Assembly (NCBI GenBank): GCA_963799815.1
Contig: CAWCYG010000007.1
Coordinates: forward strand, 117,019 to 181,018
Direction of reading: 5' to 3'
Source of the DNA: an uncultured Solirubrobacterales bacterium
GTDB taxonomy: Bacteria > Actinomycetota > Thermoleophilia > Solirubrobacterales > 70-9
DNA: 64,000 bases
Made by a program: the position numbers and the translations under genes. The notes under the pieces were generated by a model that was not told where the DNA came from, did no database searches, and saw nothing but the letters and a program-made list of their open reading frames with translations. Of this stretch, positions 45,891 through 55,492 are shown piece after piece (the stretch's first letter is position 1; each line of letters starts with the position of its first letter).

Positions 45891-46838
45891 TCAGAACGGG
45901 AGTTCTGCGACCTCCGCGGTCGCGTTCTCGCCCACATCGACCGTCGCGCCCGGCTCGGCCTCGCGCCGGACGATCGCCAGCCCAATTGCCCCGAGCGCGG
46001 GGGAGAGAACGGCCGTTCCCACGCTTCCGACCTCACGCTCTCCCAGGGTGATGGGCTCGCCACCGGCAACCTGGCCCTCCAGCCGCAGCCCTCTCAGGTG
46101 ACGGTTCGGCTTGCCCCTGTAGTGCAGCCGTGCGACCGTCTCCTGGCCGATGTAGCACCCCTTGGTGAAGGAAACGGCCCGGTCGTTGATCCCGGCCTCC
46201 TGGGGCATCGTCGCCGTCGTCATCTCGAACCCGAAGCGCGGGCGGCCGCTCTCCACCCGGACGACCTCGGCAGCGGGCTCGCCCACCTCGGCGGCGCCTG
46301 CCGCGATCAAGGCCTCGCTGAGCGCAGCGGTGTCGTCGCGCGCCACGATCAGGTCAATCCCCACATCGGTAGTCACCGCTCGAGCTTCGACGCCGCCGAC
46401 CCTGAGTTCGCGGTGCGAGTGTTCGGTGCCGGACGGCGCGCTCGTGACCTCCGCGGCCGCCGGGCCGATCACGCTCACGACTGTGGTCCCCTCGCTGCGG
46501 TCCTCGATCTCGACCTCGCGGCCCACCTTGTACATCTGAAGATGGCGGCTGACCGCCGGCGTGGCGATGGCCTCGAGCTCGATCCAGAGGGCGTCGGGTG
46601 CCCGGCGCAGGACCCGCATGTCACCCCGGAGGCGGCCCTTTCGGTCGAGCAGGGCCGCATAGCAGCCTTCGCCGGGAGAGAGCGCCTCGATCTCGTTGGT
46701 GAGCTGCCCCTGGAGGTATTCCGCCGCCTCTGCGCCGCGCACCGCAAGCACGTCTCTGCTCGCCCGCTCGAGGAAGCCGGCGCCCTCCCGCAACTCCCGG
46801 TACTGCCCGTCCAGCTCGATCTGGGCTGTTGCCTCCAC
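45891..46838 (-). CDS. ygfZ: Folate-binding YgfZ-family protein (GcvT-like)
   Basis: 315 aa. It has the signature KGCYIGQE, preceded by a GcvT-like N-terminal domain. Confidence 0.85.
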   Translation of the reverse strand: MEATAQIELDGQYRELREGAGFLERASRDVLAVRGAEAAEYLQGQLTNEIEALSPGEGCYAALLDRKGRLRGDMRVLRRAPDALWIELEAIATPAVSRHLQMYKVGREVEIEDRSEGTTVVSVIGPAAAEVTSAPSGTEHSHRELRVGGVEARAVTTDVGIDLIVARDDTAALSEALIAAGAAEVGEPAAEVVRVESGRPRFGFEMTTATMPQEAGINDRAVSFTKGCYIGQETVARLHYRGKPNRHLRGLRLEGQVAGGEPITLGEREVGSVGTAVLSPALGAIGLAIVRREAEPGATVDVGENATAEVAELPF

Positions 46839-46871
46839 GCAGCTGATTGTAGGAACGAGAGCGCGCCTCTA

Positions 46872-46893
46872 AGGTTTTGATATGCCAAAATCT
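46872..46893. promoter_or_regulatory. AT-rich 22-bp imperfect palindrome, candidate DtxR/MntR-family operator
   Basis: AGGTTTTGATATGCCAAAATCT is self-complementary at 16 of 22 positions, with a TTTTG-N6-CAAAA core. It ends 5 nt before the GTG of the multicopper oxidase. It is the only AT-rich patch for kilobases. Confidence 0.4.
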
Positions 46894-46898
46894 ATGTT

Positions 46899-47978
46899 GT
46901 GGCATCTAGAAAGCTGACACGACGACGCCTGATCGCTTCGGGTGCAGCGGCTGCGCCCGCAATCGCGGCGCTCCACGAAGTCGTTCCTCACGAAGGGCTC
47001 CACAGCGCCCTCGGCGGAGACCAGCATGCGAGCGCGGCGCAGACGGGCCACGGGATGGGCCACGGGTCTGGGAAGGGGCTCGCCATCCACGACGGCTTCG
47101 GCGAGGGCACGGTGGATCACGACGCGAACGGGTTCGACCCCTCCGAGGTTGTGCGCGATTTCGACTACGGCGAGATCAGCAAGCTGCCCGACGGCCGCAC
47201 CCTGCGCGAATGGACCGTGCTGGCGCAGGACAGGGAGATCGAGGTCGCGCCCGGTATCACCTATCCGGCGTGGACGTACAACGGGCGGATTCCGGGGCCC
47301 ACCTTTCGGTGCACGCAGGGTGATCGCCTGCGGATCCGGTTCATAAACGGCTCCGAGCACGCGCACACGATCCACTTTCATGGATTCCACCCTGACTTCA
47401 TGGACGGGATGCCAGGGATCGGTGAGGGCAGGGGAGGCGGCTCGATCGCCACCGGCGAGCAGTTCACATACGAGTTCGACGCGGAGCCCTTCGGCCTCCA
47501 CCTCTACCACTGCCACGTGATGCCGCTCGCGGCCCACATCGCCAAAGGCCTCTACGGCGCGCTTGTGATCGACCCGCCACAGCCCCGGCCGGCGGCCGAC
47601 GAGCTGGTGATGGTCATGAACGGCTTCGACACGAACTTCGACGGAGAGAACGAGATCTACGCCGTCAACTCGATCCCCTTTCACTACGTCGAGGAGCCGA
47701 TCCGCGTAAAGCGTGGAGAGCTGGTGCGGATCTACCTCGTGAACCTGCTCGAGTTCGACCAGATCAACTCGTTTCATGTCCACGCCAACTTCTTCGACTA
47801 CTACCCGACCGGCACCCGCCTCGACCCCGTGGACTTCACGGACACGATCGTTCAGGGGCAGGGCCAGCGCGGGATCCTCGAGCTTCGCTTCCCCTATGCG
47901 GGCCGCTTCATGTTCCACGCCCACAAGACCGAGTTCGCCGAGCTCGGTTGGCTCGGTTTCTTCGAGGTCGCCGACTGA
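46899..47978 (+). CDS. TAT-exported two-domain multicopper oxidase
   Basis: It has a TAT signal (KLTRRRLIASGAAAAPA). Four HxH motifs are present (HTIHFHG, YHCH, FHVHAN, FHAHK). A T1 context lies in domain 1 (HCHVMPLAAHIAKGL). Confidence 0.85.
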   Translation: MASRKLTRRRLIASGAAAAPAIAALHEVVPHEGLHSALGGDQHASAAQTGHGMGHGSGKGLAIHDGFGEGTVDHDANGFDPSEVVRDFDYGEISKLPDGRTLREWTVLAQDREIEVAPGITYPAWTYNGRIPGPTFRCTQGDRLRIRFINGSEHAHTIHFHGFHPDFMDGMPGIGEGRGGGSIATGEQFTYEFDAEPFGLHLYHCHVMPLAAHIAKGLYGALVIDPPQPRPAADELVMVMNGFDTNFDGENEIYAVNSIPFHYVEEPIRVKRGELVRIYLVNLLEFDQINSFHVHANFFDYYPTGTRLDPVDFTDTIVQGQGQRGILELRFPYAGRFMFHAHKTEFAELGWLGFFEVAD

Positions 47979-49186
47979 TGGAAGCCGGCACCGCGACCGA
48001 TCGCGCCACGGCTGGCCTGCCGGGCTGGCTTTTGGGCGCGATCCCGCTGGCGCTGATCGCGCTGGCCATCGGCGGCTTCGCGCTGCTGGGCGGCCCTGGC
48101 CTGGGCGAGCGCACGGGCCCGCCAGTCGAGGAGCTCACGGTCGAGCGCACCGTCTTGCGGCCAGGGGAGATCGAGGTCAGCATCCGCAACGACGGCCCCG
48201 ACGCGGTCGAGGTGGCACAGATCACCGTAAACGAGGCATTCCTGCCATTCGACGGCCCCGAGGGCGGCCGCGTCGGCCGCCTGGGCGGGGCCAGCTTCAC
48301 CGTCCCGTACGACTGGGTGGAGGGCGAGGGCTACGGGATCACCATCTTCACCTCGACCGGGGGGACGATCGACCACGAGATCCCCGTTGCCGTCGAGACC
48401 CCCGAGGCCGACGCCGGGTTCTTCGGGCTGATGGCGCTCCTCGGGATCTACGTGGGCGTGATTCCGGTGAGCCTTGGGATGCTCTGGCTTCCCTTCGTGC
48501 GCCGCGTGGGGCCGGATTGGCTGCGGGTTCTGATCGCGTTTACGGTTGGGCTCCTCGCCTTCCTCGCGATCGATGCGGGCTTGGAGGGGCTTGAGATCGC
48601 CGCTGCGGGCCCGGGCGCCTTCGGCGGCCCGGCCCTGGTCTTCCTGGGAGCTCTGGTCGCCTACCTCGCCCTCTCGGGAGTCGACGCGTACCTGTCACGA
48701 CGCCGACAGCGCGCCGGCGCCGAGGGAGGGACTTCGGCGGCACCCTACCTCGCTCTGCTGGTGGCGATCGGGATCGGGCTGCACAACCTCGGCGAGGGGC
48801 TCGCGATCGGCTCCTCCTACGCCGCGGGGGCCCTGGCGCTGGGAACCTTCCTCGTGATCGGCTTCGCCATCCACAACACCACGGAGGGGCTCGCGATCGT
48901 CGCTCCCCTGGCCAACGCCCGCCCAACCTTCGGCCGCCTCGCCGCGCTCGGCTTGATCGCGGGAGCGCCGGCCATCCTCGGCGCCTGGATCGGCGCCGCG
49001 GCCTATAACCCCAGCGCCGCGGCCTTCCTCTTCGGCGTTGGAGTCGGGGCGATCGTTCAGGTCATCGTCCAGCTCGCGCCGTTGATGCGTGATGATGAGG
49101 GCCGCCTGTTCGGGCCGGCGGCCGTCGGTGGCCTGCTATCGGGGATCGCTGTGCTCTACATCACCGGGCTCCTGGTGGCCGCGTAG
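47978..49186 (+). CDS. ZIP-family metal permease with about 110-aa N-terminal extracytoplasmic domain
   Basis: The ATG shares one base with the oxidase stop (TGATG). It has the ZIP motifs GLHNLGEGLAIG and AIHNTTEGLAI. Confidence 0.85.
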   Translation: MEAGTATDRATAGLPGWLLGAIPLALIALAIGGFALLGGPGLGERTGPPVEELTVERTVLRPGEIEVSIRNDGPDAVEVAQITVNEAFLPFDGPEGGRVGRLGGASFTVPYDWVEGEGYGITIFTSTGGTIDHEIPVAVETPEADAGFFGLMALLGIYVGVIPVSLGMLWLPFVRRVGPDWLRVLIAFTVGLLAFLAIDAGLEGLEIAAAGPGAFGGPALVFLGALVAYLALSGVDAYLSRRRQRAGAEGGTSAAPYLALLVAIGIGLHNLGEGLAIGSSYAAGALALGTFLVIGFAIHNTTEGLAIVAPLANARPTFGRLAALGLIAGAPAILGAWIGAAAYNPSAAAFLFGVGVGAIVQVIVQLAPLMRDDEGRLFGPAAVGGLLSGIAVLYITGLLVAA

Positions 49187-49188
49187 CG

Positions 49189-49890
49189 ATGGCCCGCGCG
49201 ACCGCTCATTCCGGCTTCAGGCGCGACCCGGCCGCGACGAACTCCGAGGCGGTCGAGGACTACGCCAAGGCGATCCACGCTCTGCACGATCGCGGCGAAG
49301 GCCCCGTCTCGACCTCGGCGCTCGCCGAGCGTCTCGGTGTGTCGCCCGGCACCGTCACCGCGATGCTGAAGCGGATGGGCGAGACGGGACTGGTGAAACA
49401 CGTCCCTTACCACGGAGTGACGCTCACCCCCGCTGGCGAGCGAGTCGCGCTGGAGGTCATTCGTCACCATCGCCTCTTGGAGGCCTATCTGGCGGAGGCG
49501 CTGGGGATGCCCTGGGACCGCGTCCACGACGAGGCGGAGGTCTTGGAGCACTACATCTCCGAGGACCTCGAGGAAAGGATCGCCGCAGCGCTCGGCGATC
49601 CCGCCGTCGATCCGCACGGGGATCCGATCCCCGACCGGAGGCTGAAGGTCGCCGCCGACGAGGGGACCCCCCTGGCGAGCCTTGAGCCGGGCGACGCGGG
49701 TACCTTCGCGCGCGTTTCGGATTCCGATCCCGAGATGCTGCGCTACCTCGCCGAGCGCGGCATCCGCCCCGGCGCCTCCCTCGTGGTGCGCGAGCGACAG
49801 CCCTTCGGGGGCCCGCTCACGGTCGAGGTTGGCGGCTCTCGGCACGCGATCGGCGGCAAGCTCGCGGAGCGCATGCTGGTCGAGGGGTAG
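49189..49890 (+). CDS. DtxR/IdeR/MntR-family metal-dependent regulator with FeoA/SH3-like C-terminal domain
   Basis: 233 aa. Diagnostic sequence: EDYAKAIHAL, VSTSALAERLGVSPGTVTAMLKRM, IRHHRLLEAYL, DPHGDPIP. Confidence 0.9.
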   Translation: MARATAHSGFRRDPAATNSEAVEDYAKAIHALHDRGEGPVSTSALAERLGVSPGTVTAMLKRMGETGLVKHVPYHGVTLTPAGERVALEVIRHHRLLEAYLAEALGMPWDRVHDEAEVLEHYISEDLEERIAAALGDPAVDPHGDPIPDRRLKVAADEGTPLASLEPGDAGTFARVSDSDPEMLRYLAERGIRPGASLVVRERQPFGGPLTVEVGGSRHAIGGKLAERMLVEG

Positions 49891-49901
49891 TCTCACCGCG
49901 C

Positions 49902-50264
49902 ATGGCGCTCGCCGACGACTTCCAGCAGATCCTCGATTCGCTGCCCGACGACTGGACCGACGTCGTCTGCGACCTGCGGATCACGAACGAGGAGCTCTAT
50001 GTGGATGCGGCGGTTCTGCTCACGCAGGTAAACGCGCAGCCCTACTCCAAAGCCGATTGGCACTGGCGCATCAACGTGGCCCATACCTTCGGCCATGCCG
50101 CGGCCGCGGAGACGGTCCTGGGCACCTTGCGGCTCCTTGACGAGGAGGGGATCGACGGAGAGTTGGTCCTTCGGGACTTCAGCGAGGGGCGTGCCGAAGT
50201 CGTACAGATGTGGGGCCGTCCCGAGTCGGTCAGGCGCGAGTTCCGCGACAGGCGCTCACTTTAG
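49902..50264 (+). CDS. Hypothetical 120-aa protein
   Basis: The ATG ORF starts 12 nt after the DtxR-family stop. I recognise no family. Confidence 0.5.
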   Translation: MALADDFQQILDSLPDDWTDVVCDLRITNEELYVDAAVLLTQVNAQPYSKADWHWRINVAHTFGHAAAAETVLGTLRLLDEEGIDGELVLRDFSEGRAEVVQMWGRPESVRREFRDRRSL

Positions 50265-50276
50265 ACTGGGGCCCGC

Positions 50277-50888
50277 GTGAGCTTCGTCTCGCTCATCCCG
50301 ATGGCGTTCGTGATGATCGCCGGCCCGCAGATCCTGAGCGCGATCTTTCTGGCGACGAGCAAGGATTGGCGACGGAACTCGCTGGCCTACGTGTTCGGTG
50401 CGTCGCTCTCGATCACGGCCATCGTCACCGCGGCGTACTTCCTCAGCAACGGAGCGCGTTCGGGTAACGAGCCGAGCGACACGATCTACATCATCGTCCT
50501 CGTGCTGCTGGTCCTGGCGGCGCTCCGGACTTACCTGAAGCGTGAGGAATCCGAGCCGCCGAAATGGATGGGCAAGCTCCAGACAGCCACGCCCGGCTTC
50601 TCGTTCAAGCTTGGTTTCCTGCTGCTTGGCGTCTTCCCGACCGACATTCTGACCTCGGTCGCAGTGGGCTCCTACCTCGGAAACCACGGCGACCCCTGGT
50701 GGCACCTGCTTCCCTTCCTCGGACTGACCCTCTTGCTCCTGGCGCTCCCGCTGATCCTCATTTTCATTTTCGGTGAGCGCGCGCAAGCGTTCCTGCCAAA
50801 GGCGCGGGACTGGATGAATCAGAACTCGTGGGTGGTGAGCGAGATCGTCATCGGTCTGTTCATCGTGCTCACGGCGACAAACCTCTAG
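50277..50888 (+). CDS. Polytopic membrane protein, possibly GAP/Sap (PF11139-like) family
   Basis: 203 aa with about 6 TM helices and a lower-GC codon feel. The family call comes from overall layout only. Confidence 0.5.
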   Translation: MSFVSLIPMAFVMIAGPQILSAIFLATSKDWRRNSLAYVFGASLSITAIVTAAYFLSNGARSGNEPSDTIYIIVLVLLVLAALRTYLKREESEPPKWMGKLQTATPGFSFKLGFLLLGVFPTDILTSVAVGSYLGNHGDPWWHLLPFLGLTLLLLALPLILIFIFGERAQAFLPKARDWMNQNSWVVSEIVIGLFIVLTATNL

Positions 50889-51809
50889 CTAGCCTGCTCC
50901 CGCCGGCAGCGGGGCCAGACGATGCACGTCCCGCAGCTTGACCTGGGTGGGGACGTCGAATGCGTCTTCGGCGAGTAGGGCGTCGAGCTGAGCCTCCTGC
51001 GTCTCGCGCACGAGTCCGTCGCCCGCACCGACCAGGGCATCGAGCCCCTCGCGCGGCGACCGCTCTACGCTCGCGTAGCCGCCCCGGGTCGCCCCTCTCA
51101 CCGCTCGAACCAGCCCGGGCCGGTCCTCGAGCGTCCCCCGCGAGGTTGCGAGGAGCAGCTCGGGATAGCGTGGGGATCCGTAGTCGTCGACCCGGAACTC
51201 CCGCGTGGGGACCCCGAGCTCGCGCAGAGCGACGCCCTCCGCGTTCCAGAATGCCGTCGCGGCATCGATGCGCCCTGCCGAGAGCGCAGCCACCGAGTCG
51301 AACCCGATCGTGACCCGCCTTACCGTTGCCGCGTCGGCGCCGTCGGCTGCCAGCACCGCATCGAGCACCACCTCGTCGGACGGCAGGCCGGTGACGCCGA
51401 CTTCGGCGCCCTCGAGGTCACGCGGCCGGCGGATCTCGTCGCTGGGAGCGGCGATCACCGCAGCCAGGGGCCGGCCCACGATGGCGTCGACGGCCACGAT
51501 GTCCGCGCCTCGGCGGCGCGCGAGCGCGTAATCGCTGATGTCGAGGATCGCGAACTCGGCGCGGCCCGCCGCCAGCAGCTTTGGCGCGTCGGTGGAGGCG
51601 CCGGGCGCGCGAACCTCGAGCTCGACGCCGCGCTCCTCGTACAGCCCCTCGTCGAGCGCCGCGTAGATCCCGGTGTGCACGGCGTTGGGCTGGAAATCCA
51701 GCACGAGGGTCGCCTCCTTCGAGGCGCCCGGTTCAGCGCCGTCGCCTCCGCAGGCCGGCAGGCACAGCGCGAGCGCGACGGCCGCCAGCGACGCTGCGAC
51801 CCTCCGCAT
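50889..51809 (-). CDS. Lipoprotein ABC-type substrate-binding protein, NMT1/THI5-like
   Basis: It has the lipobox LCLPAC. LVLDFQPNAVHTGIYAALDEGLYEERG is typical of NMT1/SsuA-like binders. No permease or ATPase is adjacent. Confidence 0.75.
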   Translation of the reverse strand: MRRVAASLAAVALALCLPACGGDGAEPGASKEATLVLDFQPNAVHTGIYAALDEGLYEERGVELEVRAPGASTDAPKLLAAGRAEFAILDISDYALARRRGADIVAVDAIVGRPLAAVIAAPSDEIRRPRDLEGAEVGVTGLPSDEVVLDAVLAADGADAATVRRVTIGFDSVAALSAGRIDAATAFWNAEGVALRELGVPTREFRVDDYGSPRYPELLLATSRGTLEDRPGLVRAVRGATRGGYASVERSPREGLDALVGAGDGLVRETQEAQLDALLAEDAFDVPTQVKLRDVHRLAPLPAGAG

Positions 51810-51835
51810 GTGCGCGGGCAGGATAGCCTTGCCCA

Positions 51836-52390
51836 GTGGCTGACCATGGGCTCGACGACAAGCTCCTCGCCCTCATCGAGATCCCCAAGGGAAGCCGCAA
51901 CAAGTACGAGTACGACGAGGGGATCGGCGAGGTAATCCTCGATCGCTTCCTCTCCTCCTCGACCGTCTACCCAACCGACTACGGCTATCTGATCGGCCAC
52001 CGTGGTCGCGACGGGGACCCGCTCGACACGCTCGTGTGCGTCTCGGAGCCGACTTTCCCGGGCTGCGTCATCCCCGTGAAGCCGATCGCGCACTTCGACA
52101 TGCGCGATGAGAAGGGGCAGGACGACAAGATCATCTGCGTTCCCTTGAACGACCCCCAGTGGAACCAGCTCGACGACTTGGACGACCTGACGGAGCAGTT
52201 TCAGCTGGAGGTCGCCCACTTCTTCTCGGTCTACAAGCAGCTCGACCACAAGCCCGTCGAGATCGGCGGCTTCTCGGACAAGGAAAAGGCCCTCGAGGTG
52301 ATCGAGGAGGCAAAACGCCTGCACGAGGAGGAAGAGGCGGGCAAGGGAGACGAGGGCGGCGCGGGCGAGGAACGCACGGACAAGGGTTAG
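51836..52390 (+). CDS. ppa: Inorganic pyrophosphatase (family I) with acidic C-terminal extension
   Basis: Diagnostic sequence: IEIPKGSRNKYEYD, YPTDYGYL, DGDPLDTLV, DEKGQDDKIICVP. Confidence 0.9.
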   Translation: MADHGLDDKLLALIEIPKGSRNKYEYDEGIGEVILDRFLSSSTVYPTDYGYLIGHRGRDGDPLDTLVCVSEPTFPGCVIPVKPIAHFDMRDEKGQDDKIICVPLNDPQWNQLDDLDDLTEQFQLEVAHFFSVYKQLDHKPVEIGGFSDKEKALEVIEEAKRLHEEEEAGKGDEGGAGEERTDKG

Positions 52391-52453
52391 CGGCGCGCCG
52401 GCTGAGGGGATGGCTAGACTCCCGCGCCGTCAACTTTCCTTAGGAGGGATTCA

Positions 52454-53233
52454 GTGCAGGATCGAGGTCTAGCGGCCTACATCGCCGAGCTTCTCGGCAC
52501 GTTGTTCCTCGTGTTCGCGGTCGGCACCGTGGTGACGCTGTTCGTCGCCACCTCCTCCGATGCGGCACAGGGCTCCGACTTCGCCGTGGTCGGCCTCGTT
52601 CACGCCTTTGTCCTCTTCGGGCTGATCTTGACCTTTGGTGCGGTCTCCGGTGGCCACTTCAACCCTGTTGTCACGATCGCGGCCGTGACGCTGCGGCGGA
52701 TCGACCCGCTCGACGCGGTCGTCTACATCCTCGCCCAGCTCTCCGGTGGCGTCCTCGGCGCGCTGCTGGTCAAGGGGCTGTTGCTCGACGAGGGCCGGCT
52801 CGGTCACTACGGCGCGGCGACCGTCTCGCCCCTTCTGGGAGGCAACTTCCAGGGCGCGATCGTCGAGGCGATCGGGACGTTCCTGCTCGTGCTCGTGATC
52901 TGCTGCGTCGCATTCAACCCGCGTGCTCGCCAGGAGTGGGCTCCGCTCGCGATCGGAGCGACCCTGGGCATGGCCGTGATGATGCTCGCCCCGCTCACGG
53001 GTGGCTCGTTCAACCCGGCGCGCTGGTTTGGCCCGGCGCTGGTCGGCGACGAGTTCGGCGGCACCTGGCCCTACCTACTCGGCCCGCTTGTGGGGTCGCT
53101 GGTCGCGGTGGCGGTTTACCGCTTCGTCATTGCCGGCCCGCAGTACGCGCTCGGCATGGAGCCTCCGACCAGCGATGCCCGTGCCGTCGGGCAGGTCGTA
53201 AAGGACGCCGAGACCCGCGCCCGCGAGGGCTGA
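52454..53233 (+). CDS. MIP-family channel (aquaporin/glycerol facilitator)
   Basis: It has two half-motifs, SGGHFNPVVT (NPV) and GGSFNPARW (NPA), and 6 TM helices. Confidence 0.9.
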   Translation: MQDRGLAAYIAELLGTLFLVFAVGTVVTLFVATSSDAAQGSDFAVVGLVHAFVLFGLILTFGAVSGGHFNPVVTIAAVTLRRIDPLDAVVYILAQLSGGVLGALLVKGLLLDEGRLGHYGAATVSPLLGGNFQGAIVEAIGTFLLVLVICCVAFNPRARQEWAPLAIGATLGMAVMMLAPLTGGSFNPARWFGPALVGDEFGGTWPYLLGPLVGSLVAVAVYRFVIAGPQYALGMEPPTSDARAVGQVVKDAETRAREG

Positions 53234-53238
53234 GGGCG

Positions 53239-53259
53239 CCCGGCGCCGCCGGCGCCGGG
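53239..53259 (+). terminator. GC hairpin after the aquaporin gene (no U-tract)
   Basis: CCCGGCGCC-GCC-GGCGCCGGG forms a 9-bp perfect stem, 6 nt after the stop. Confidence 0.35.
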
Positions 53260-53292
53260 GCCGGCACGCCCGTTCGGTAGCTTGAGCGGCGG

Positions 53293-55488
53293 ATGCGCCG
53301 CGTCACGTTCTCGCGCAACTACACGCTGTCGCTGTCACGCACGTGTCAGTGCTACTGCAAGTACTGCGCCTTCGCGACGCACCGCCCCCATCTCTACGCG
53401 CCCGACGAGGTCGAGGAACGCCTTGCCGAGGCGGTGCGCCGAAACGCCAAGGAGCTCCTGGTCTTGACGGGAGAGCGCCCCGAGGTAAACGCCGAGGTCG
53501 CCGAGCGCCTGCGCTCCTTCGGGCATTCCGATTTCGTCTCCTACGTCGTCTGGGCATGCGAGCGGGCGCTCGAGCGGGGTCTCTTGCCGCACACGAACCT
53601 AGGCGTGCTCTCGCGAGCCGACCTCGCCCGCTTGCGCGAGGTGACGGCCTCGCAGGGCCTGATGCTGGAGTCTGTCGCCGAGCGGCTCATGGACACCGTC
53701 CACGCCGGCTCTCCGACGAAGCACCCCGCTCGCCGGATGGCGACGATCGAGGCTGCCGGCGAGCTGCGGATTCCCCTCACCAGCGGCATCCTCGTCGGCA
53801 TCGGCGAGACGGAGGCTGAGCGCGTGGCCTCGCTTGAGGCGATCGCTTCATCCCACGGTCGCCACGGGCACATTCAGGAGGTGATCCTGCAGAACTTCGT
53901 TCCACACCCGCGGTACTACGGTCGCGAGGTGGCTCAGATCGCGGACGAGGCCGCGCAGGAGCGCTGGTCGGGCGATGGCTCACCCCTCGGGGCCGAGGCA
54001 CCACGGCCAGGCTGGGCCAGCGATGTGACGCTCGCAGAGATGAAGCGCCTGGTGGTGGAGACGCGGCGCCTGATGCCCGATGTGGGCATCCAGATCCCAC
54101 CGAACCTCGCCGACTGGTGGGACGAGCTGGTGGTGGCTGGAGCCACCGACCTCGGCGGCCTTTCGGCCAACGGCGATCACATCTCGCCCGAGCACGCGTT
54201 TCCCAGCCCCCATCAGGTCCGCAAGCGCCTCGCTCCACAGGGCTTTGCCCTCACCGAGCGCCTCTGCGCCTACCCGCAATACCTGGAGCCCGACTGGATC
54301 GAGCCAGGCGTTCTCGACGTCGTGAAGCTCCGCTACTGGAGCTTCATCCCGCGCAAGGGCTCGGGACGCCGCTCGGAGCGCATCGTCGATCCTGGCCTCG
54401 CGCCCGCCGCGATCGAGCGCGGGCGAACGGGAGAGCCGCTCTCGGAGCGTGAGCTCGAGGCTCTGTTCGCGGAGACGCGGCCAGAGGTGGTCGAGGAGAT
54501 GCGTGTCGCGGCCGACGAGCTGCGGACAGAAGTCGCGGGCGACGTCGCCACCTTCGTCGTCAACCGCAACGTCAACTTCACGAACGTGTGCATCGTCGGC
54601 TGCGCCTTCTGCGGGTTCGGACAGGGCAAGCGCTCCCCCGACGCCTACCACGTGAGCGAGGACGACTTCGAAGCGCGGATTGCCGAGGCGATCGAGTTCG
54701 GCGCGACCGAGATCTGCATGCAGGGCGGGATCCATCCCGACTACACGCTCGAGCACTACGGGCGATGGCTGCGACTCGCGAAGGGGGTGGCTCCTGGTGT
54801 CCACCTCCACGCCTATTCGCCGATGGAGATCCATTTCATGTGCGAGCGGTCCGGTCGCTCCCCTGAGGAGGTCTTCGACTACCTCGTCGGCTGTGGCCTC
54901 GGTTCGACGCCAGGCACCGCTGCCGAGGTCCTCCACGACGGCGTCCGCGCCCGGATCTCCCCGAACAAGCTGCCCGCCGCCCGCTGGGTCGAGATCATCG
55001 AGGCAGCGCATCGAAGCGGGCTCCGCTCCACCTCGACCGTGATGTTCGGCCATATCGAGGAGCCGCACGAGCTCGCCCGGCACATGCGGGTCGTCCGGGA
55101 GCTGCAGGAGCGAACGGGCGGGATCACCGAGTTCGTGCCGCTCTCGTTCATCCCCTTCCAGACGCTCTTGGGCCGAACCCACGGGATCGAGGAGATCTCG
55201 CGCGAGGAGAACCTCAAGCACACGGCCGCCTTCCGCCTCGCGTTGGGCACGACGATCCCAAATCTCCAGGCGAGCTGGGTGAAGATGGGCCTCGACGCCG
55301 CGACCGAGAGCCTGCGCTGGGGCGTCAACGACCTCGGCGGGACCCTGATGGAGGAGAACATCTCGCGGATGGCCGGCTCTCAGCACGGGGTCCGGCTGGA
55401 GCCGGAGGACCTGATCGGCGCAGCGCGCGCCGCCGGACGCACACCTGCGCAGCGCACCACGCTCTACGAGATCGTCGAGACCTACTGA
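53293..55488 (+). CDS. fbiC: Bifunctional FO synthase (CofG+CofH fusion)
   Basis: 731 aa. It has two radical SAM cluster motifs (CQCYCKYC and CIVGCAFC) and FbiC-like sequence throughout. Confidence 0.9.
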   Translation: MRRVTFSRNYTLSLSRTCQCYCKYCAFATHRPHLYAPDEVEERLAEAVRRNAKELLVLTGERPEVNAEVAERLRSFGHSDFVSYVVWACERALERGLLPHTNLGVLSRADLARLREVTASQGLMLESVAERLMDTVHAGSPTKHPARRMATIEAAGELRIPLTSGILVGIGETEAERVASLEAIASSHGRHGHIQEVILQNFVPHPRYYGREVAQIADEAAQERWSGDGSPLGAEAPRPGWASDVTLAEMKRLVVETRRLMPDVGIQIPPNLADWWDELVVAGATDLGGLSANGDHISPEHAFPSPHQVRKRLAPQGFALTERLCAYPQYLEPDWIEPGVLDVVKLRYWSFIPRKGSGRRSERIVDPGLAPAAIERGRTGEPLSERELEALFAETRPEVVEEMRVAADELRTEVAGDVATFVVNRNVNFTNVCIVGCAFCGFGQGKRSPDAYHVSEDDFEARIAEAIEFGATEICMQGGIHPDYTLEHYGRWLRLAKGVAPGVHLHAYSPMEIHFMCERSGRSPEEVFDYLVGCGLGSTPGTAAEVLHDGVRARISPNKLPAARWVEIIEAAHRSGLRSTSTVMFGHIEEPHELARHMRVVRELQERTGGITEFVPLSFIPFQTLLGRTHGIEEISREENLKHTAAFRLALGTTIPNLQASWVKMGLDAATESLRWGVNDLGGTLMEENISRMAGSQHGVRLEPEDLIGAARAAGRTPAQRTTLYEIVETY

Positions 55489-55492
55489 CCGC

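Noticed and set aside
46883-46907. A second inverted repeat, ATGCCA-N13-TGGCAT, spanning the multicopper oxidase start.
   Set aside because: Only 6-bp arms with a long spacer are present. It overlaps the better 22-bp palindrome and the coding start, so it is not distinguishable from chance.
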